Positions 27,246-30,329 of a stretch of DNA of 30,329 nucleotides are shown here, in pieces; the stretch's first letter is position 1, and every line of letters starts with the position of its first letter. Origin of the DNA: Planctomycetota bacterium. Lineage in GTDB: Bacteria; Planctomycetota; Phycisphaerae; Phycisphaerales; SM1A02. The translations under genes and the position numbers were made by a program. Below the pieces are notes generated by a model. That model was not told the DNA's origin, ran no database searches, and saw nothing but the letters and a program-made list of their open reading frames with translations. The stretch covers positions 1-30,329 of the forward strand of contig JBCCFX010000017.1 in the NCBI GenBank assembly GCA_039029515.1. The letters are read 5' to 3'.

Positions 27246-28297
27246 CACATCACACACTCATCGGGTTCCTGCTGCTGACTTCGACCGCCATCGCCGCGCA
27301 GGATGACACCACATCGTCAACGTATCGAGATCAGCTTGCCTCGGAAGCGATGACAGTGGCACCGCTGGCGAAAACGGAACTCGGTCGCGCATTCCTCAAC
27401 GCTGCCGATGATCTGTCGCCCATGACCGAGCGGCGAACGGTGTATTTCCGTGGCGCTGACCGCACCGCGATCTCGCCCGAGATGTTCACCCTGCTTGGCG
27501 AAGAGGATCGTGCTGACTTTCGCGAGATGCCGGTGACTGAATCCCGGTACTACGGTCTTTACAGCACGCCGATCGCCTACCTGCGCGCACTGGAATGTGT
27601 TGGTGAAGCTGGCCTGACCAACGTGGACGGGAAACGCATCGCGGACTTTGGTTTCGGCAACATCGGTCAGTTGCGCATGCTCGCAAGCCTCGGCGCGGAT
27701 GTTGTCGGGATTGAAATTGATGGCGTGCACGATGTGATCTATCGCATGCCGAGCGATCAGGGCGCGGTGCCGCGCTCGCCGGATGCCGGCAAAGGGAACG
27801 AAGGCTCGGTGACACTCGTCTTCGGGCGATACCCGACGACCGAGCAGATTCGTAACGCTGTCGGCGGCGACCTGACGCTCTTCATGAGCAAGAATACGCT
27901 CAAGAAAGGCTACATCCATCCGGAGCGCGAAGCAGATCCGCGTCAACTCATCGATCTTGGCGTCGATGATCAGACCTACGTGCGCAGCGTCTACGACGCA
28001 CTCGCGCCGGGCGGCTGGTTCGTCATCTACAACCTGTACCCGAAGCCCGCCGCACCGGATGAACCCTACATTCCGTGGGCCTCAGGCGAATGTCCGTTCG
28101 ACCGTGAGCTGATGACCACCGTCGGCTTCGAGATCATTCGATGGAACGAAGATGACTCCAAGAAGGCACGCGCGATGGGCCGAGCATTGGGCTGGAACGA
28201 AGGACTCACCGACGAGGAATTCGCGGAAGGCTTCAACGCGATGGTGACGATTGCGCGGAAACCGGCCGACGCCGCATCACGACCTTCATCCAACTAA
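27242..28297 (+). CDS. class I SAM-dependent methyltransferase-fold protein with N-terminal signal peptide, translationally coupled to the beta-propeller gene
   Basis: ATGA overlap with the upstream CDS. Signal MTHHTLIGFLLLTSTAIAAQDD. Rossmann motif I IADFGFGNIGQ, acidic beta2 end VVGIEID, motif LAPGGWFVIYN. Confidence 0.65.
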   Translation: MTHHTLIGFLLLTSTAIAAQDDTTSSTYRDQLASEAMTVAPLAKTELGRAFLNAADDLSPMTERRTVYFRGADRTAISPEMFTLLGEEDRADFREMPVTESRYYGLYSTPIAYLRALECVGEAGLTNVDGKRIADFGFGNIGQLRMLASLGADVVGIEIDGVHDVIYRMPSDQGAVPRSPDAGKGNEGSVTLVFGRYPTTEQIRNAVGGDLTLFMSKNTLKKGYIHPEREADPRQLIDLGVDDQTYVRSVYDALAPGGWFVIYNLYPKPAAPDEPYIPWASGECPFDRELMTTVGFEIIRWNEDDSKKARAMGRALGWNEGLTDEEFAEGFNAMVTIARKPADAASRPSSN

Positions 28298-28360
28298 GAA
28301 CGCGGACGCCGCGCCCGGTTCCCCGGAGGAACCGTGACACGACGCCCGCAAGACGCGCAA

Positions 28361-29506
28361 CTATGAGGTGTCGCGACCTCGACCGTTCTGATCTGCCTCG
28401 CGGCTGACCAGTCGACCGACCTGCTCCACCATGTCGCCCTGACCGAGCACGAAGGTTGCCTTGGAACCGCGGAGGATGTCCTGCAGCGATTCGAGTTCCT
28501 TCATGCGCGTCAGCGCCGGGTTGTCGGCGAGCAGCTTGGCCGTGTTCGCCTGGCTGCGCGCCGCCGCCGTTTCTTCACGGCGACGAATCAAGTTCGCCTC
28601 CGACTGCTTCTGCGCTTCGATCACCTGGTTCAGGATCGACTTCATCTCACCCGGCAGGATCACGTCACGCAGACCAACCGATCGCACCGCGATACCAAAT
28701 TCCTGCGCACGGACACGCAGCATGTCACGGACCTCGCGGCCGACGGCGTCCTTGTCCGTCAGCAACTTGTCGAGCGAACGCGTACCGATCGCCTCACGCA
28801 GCACCAACTGTGCTTCGCGGTACAGCGCCTGCACTTCGTCCGTCACGACCGTCACCGCACGCATCGGATCCTCGACCTGGTAGGTCACGACCATGTTGAC
28901 GCGCAGCGTCACTTTGTCCGCGGTCATGATCTCCTGGCCCGAAACGTCCGAGACCTGCTCGCGCAGATCGATACGCTTCGCGATCAGCTTGCCCGCCTGC
29001 TTCCAGTAGACGTGCATGCCCGGTTCGAGCTGCTCAACGAAGGCACCCTCGCGGAAGAGCAGCACGGTTTCGTGCGGCTCCACGCGGATGCCATCCAGGA
29101 ATCGCGCGCCACCCGAGTGACCGAGGATGGCCTCGATCTTCTCGTGCGACAGCTTGAACTCCGTCACGTCGAACACTTCGACCGCGAGATCGTACGGCTG
29201 CTTCCAGAACGCATGGCGACCCGGACCGAGGACCCAACCCAGACGACCATCCTTCCAGACCAGCGCACGCTGGGTATCGCTCAGGTCAATGACCTCGAGC
29301 GAACGACGCAGCGTTGCGTTGCGAAGCATGATGTCGAGCATGGTGTGATTGAACGTGCTCTCCAGCGTGTTGCGGACCTGCACCGAACGACCGAATCCGA
29401 ACGGACGGAGCAGGAACCAGTGAACGCCCGGCGCCAGCGGACGAACGAAGTCGCCGTGACGGAAGAGCAGACCGATTTCGTGGAGACGAATACGCGTACG
29501 AAACAT
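28361..29506 (-). CDS. SPFH/band-7 domain protein (stomatin/prohibitin-like) with triplicated N-terminal PG-H-x-(F/Y)-W beta-hairpin motif and no TM helix
   Basis: GGAGG RBS 7 nt upstream of ATG at about 29506; the ORF as given extends to a GTG at 29548. Canonical SPFH core (EQLEPGMHVYWKQ...TADKVTLRVNMVVTYQVEDP) preceded by two degenerate copies of its N-terminal segment. C-terminal helical region EAQKQSEANLIRRREETAAARSQ. Confidence 0.8.
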   Translation of the reverse strand: MFRTRIRLHEIGLLFRHGDFVRPLAPGVHWFLLRPFGFGRSVQVRNTLESTFNHTMLDIMLRNATLRRSLEVIDLSDTQRALVWKDGRLGWVLGPGRHAFWKQPYDLAVEVFDVTEFKLSHEKIEAILGHSGGARFLDGIRVEPHETVLLFREGAFVEQLEPGMHVYWKQAGKLIAKRIDLREQVSDVSGQEIMTADKVTLRVNMVVTYQVEDPMRAVTVVTDEVQALYREAQLVLREAIGTRSLDKLLTDKDAVGREVRDMLRVRAQEFGIAVRSVGLRDVILPGEMKSILNQVIEAQKQSEANLIRRREETAAARSQANTAKLLADNPALTRMKELESLQDILRGSKATFVLGQGDMVEQVGRLVSREADQNGRGRDTS

Positions 29507-29896
29507 GACGAAACCTCCCTTCCGGGAAAAACGTGAATCCCACCTCACACCGCATGAACACGTGAACCATCACGTGGAAACTGATTGATGACGGGGCAGC
29601 ACCACATCGGTGTCGTGGCGCCCCGCGGTCTCGACGGAATCACGTTTGAGACATGGCAGTGGCTGCGCTGCGCGACCACGCCGCACATCGTCCGGCGGTC
29701 CACGAGCGACACGAACCGAATCGATGCGGGGCGCCATCGCCGCGCCGGCGTGACATGCCGGACCCACGTGATTGCAGGCCGATTGCACGGTGTCGACGAG
29801 ACCGATTGTGTTCGCCGAGGCGAACACGCACGAATCCCATCGACGCGGAGCCAACGACAGGTCAGTCGCGCTGCACCCGTCCCTGGTGAGAGAACC

Positions 29897-29924
29897 CTCT
29901 CAAGGGGGGAGTCGAACCCCAGAG
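29897..29924 (-). other. tRNA 3'-half-like fragment (T-arm GGGGTTCGACTCCCC + acceptor-like tail), 22 nt downstream of the tRNA-Asn 3' end
   Basis: Minus-strand sequence CTCTGGGGTTCGACTCCCCCCTTGAGAG has a canonical TTCGACT T-loop but no matching 5' half. Followed by the small hairpin GAGAGggttCTCTC. Confidence 0.3.
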
Positions 29925-29946
29925 CTTCATATGCTCATTGCCATTG

Positions 29947-30019
29947 GTATGTGTACTGGAGTCGAACCAGCAACCTAGCGCTTAACAAACGCTCGCTCTA
30001 ACCATTGAGCTAACACACA
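29947..30019 (-). tRNA. tRNA-Asn (anticodon GTT)
   Basis: Minus-strand 73-nt cloverleaf folded by hand. Acceptor TGTGTGT/ACACATA. D-arm GCTC-AATGGTTA-GAGC. Anticodon arm AGCGT-TTGTTAA-GCGCT (U33, GTT, A37). T-arm GCTGG-TTCGACT-CCAGT. No encoded CCA. T-arm is close to E. coli tRNA-Asn. Confidence 0.6.
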
Positions 30020-30100
30020 TCGCACCGACGCCGGTCGAACCCGTTGTCCCGGAACACACACGCGTGATGAACCGTGTGCGCCGGCGGACGACGTCAGGAG

Positions 30101-30146
30101 ATATCAAACTTGAGAAACCCCGGTGCGCGCTGTTCGCACGCACCGG
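30101..30146 (-). terminator. putative intrinsic terminator on the minus strand (11-bp stem CCGGTGCGcGC/GCgCGCACCGG + U-rich tract) downstream of the tRNA-like gene
   Basis: Inverted repeat 30120-30146 with one mismatch. The minus strand continues GGGGTTTCTCAAGTTTGATAT. Confidence 0.4.
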
Positions 30147-30184
30147 GCGTGGGGGAAGAGGAAGAACAAGGCAACGAGTGCCAA

Positions 30185-30269
30185 CACATCGGGACGGATT
30201 CGAACCGCCACGGCGCATCATGCGCGGGAGGTTCAGAGCCTCCGGGGCCCGCCAATGCCCAGCCGATGC
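30185..30269 (-). tRNA. atypical tRNA-like gene: class-II-type cloverleaf (long variable arm) with anticodon loop CUCUGAA (anticodon CUG)
   Basis: Minus strand: acceptor GCATCGG/CCGATGT (G1-U72). D-arm GGGC-ATTGGCGG-GCCC. Perfect anticodon stem GGAGG/CCTCC. 17-nt variable arm containing hairpin GCGCA-TGA-TGCGC. T-arm GGCGG-TTCGAAT-CCGTC. The CUG anticodon together with a long variable arm is non-canonical. Confidence 0.35.
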
Positions 30270-30289
30270 AGGGGGAAGATCACACGAAA

Positions 30290-30329
30290 CACGGGCCGAG
30301 GGAATTGAACCCCCACTGCCGGGATTGGA
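30290..30329 (-). tRNA. 3' portion of a tRNA truncated by the window edge (anticodon-loop remnant ...UCCAA would fit tRNA-Gly(TCC))
   Basis: Minus strand TCCAA-TCCCG-GCAGT-GGGGG-TTCAATT-CCCTC-GGCCCGT. T-loop TTCAATT is canonical; the 5' half lies beyond position 30329. Confidence 0.35.

Noticed and set aside
29585-30001. Plus-strand ORFs of 138 aa and 78 aa over the tRNA region
   Set aside because: They overlap tRNA-Asn and tRNA fragments. Arg-rich translations. No RBS.
30185-30269. Plus-strand reading of the tRNA-like locus as tRNA-Leu(CAG) (loop UUCAGAG)
   Set aside because: On the plus strand no TTCRANN T-arm follows the anticodon arm, and the GG-containing D-loop would be on the wrong side. 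Only the minus strand gives a full cloverleaf.
1-30329. Window-wide look for CRISPR arrays, IS elements/transposases, integrases, restriction-modification or other defence nucleases
   Set aside because: No periodic direct repeats with spacers. No DDE/serine/tyrosine recombinase-like translations. No nuclease, helicase or reverse-transcriptase signatures in any frame that I could recognise.

Overview
High-GC bacterial chromosomal window, about 30 kb, with roughly 33 protein-coding genes and a tRNA cluster on the minus strand at the right edge. All calls rest on reading the six-frame translations and the DNA by eye; no searches were run. Reported ORF starts that are not ATG may be GTG or TTG rendered as M by the ORF tool.

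Gene content, left to right:
- 3' end of an HPF/RaiA-like gene, followed by a strong intrinsic terminator.
- TPR-like lipoprotein.
- Translationally coupled membrane-protein pair; the first carries a DUF4328-like C-terminal domain.
- MBL-fold hydrolase of the HxHxDH type.
- Cardiolipin synthase on the minus strand, divergent from a cytoplasmic TlpA-like thioredoxin-fold fusion protein.
- AbgT-family transporter.
- DUF4190 membrane protein, followed by a DnaK/Hsp70 gene that stands alone with no grpE or dnaJ nearby.
- Class II (Ntn-type) glutamine amidotransferase.
- Two hypothetical membrane proteins; the second has an internal tandem of a 2-TM + beta-domain module.
- Sulfur-handling cluster: a rhodanese-family sulfurtransferase, a LOG-family protein, an FkbM methyltransferase, a CstB-like persulfide-dioxygenase-rhodanese fusion, a YgaP-like membrane rhodanese and a lipoprotein.
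- ArsR + SRPBCC(AHSA1) pair, then a DinB-like protein.
- NfeD-flotillin operon.
- Secreted beta-propeller protein coupled to a signal-peptide-bearing class I methyltransferase-fold protein.
- Second SPFH protein with an unusual N-terminal triplicated motif.
- tRNA-Asn(GTT), flanked by tRNA fragments, an atypical class-II-like tRNA-like gene, and a tRNA truncated at the window edge.

No CRISPR array, transposase, integrase or recognisable defence nuclease was seen.

The most unusual features are the twin SPFH modules around a secreted propeller + exported methyltransferase-fold pair, the repeat-bearing SPFH protein, the DUF4190-Hsp70 pairing, and the tRNA-fragment-rich right edge.
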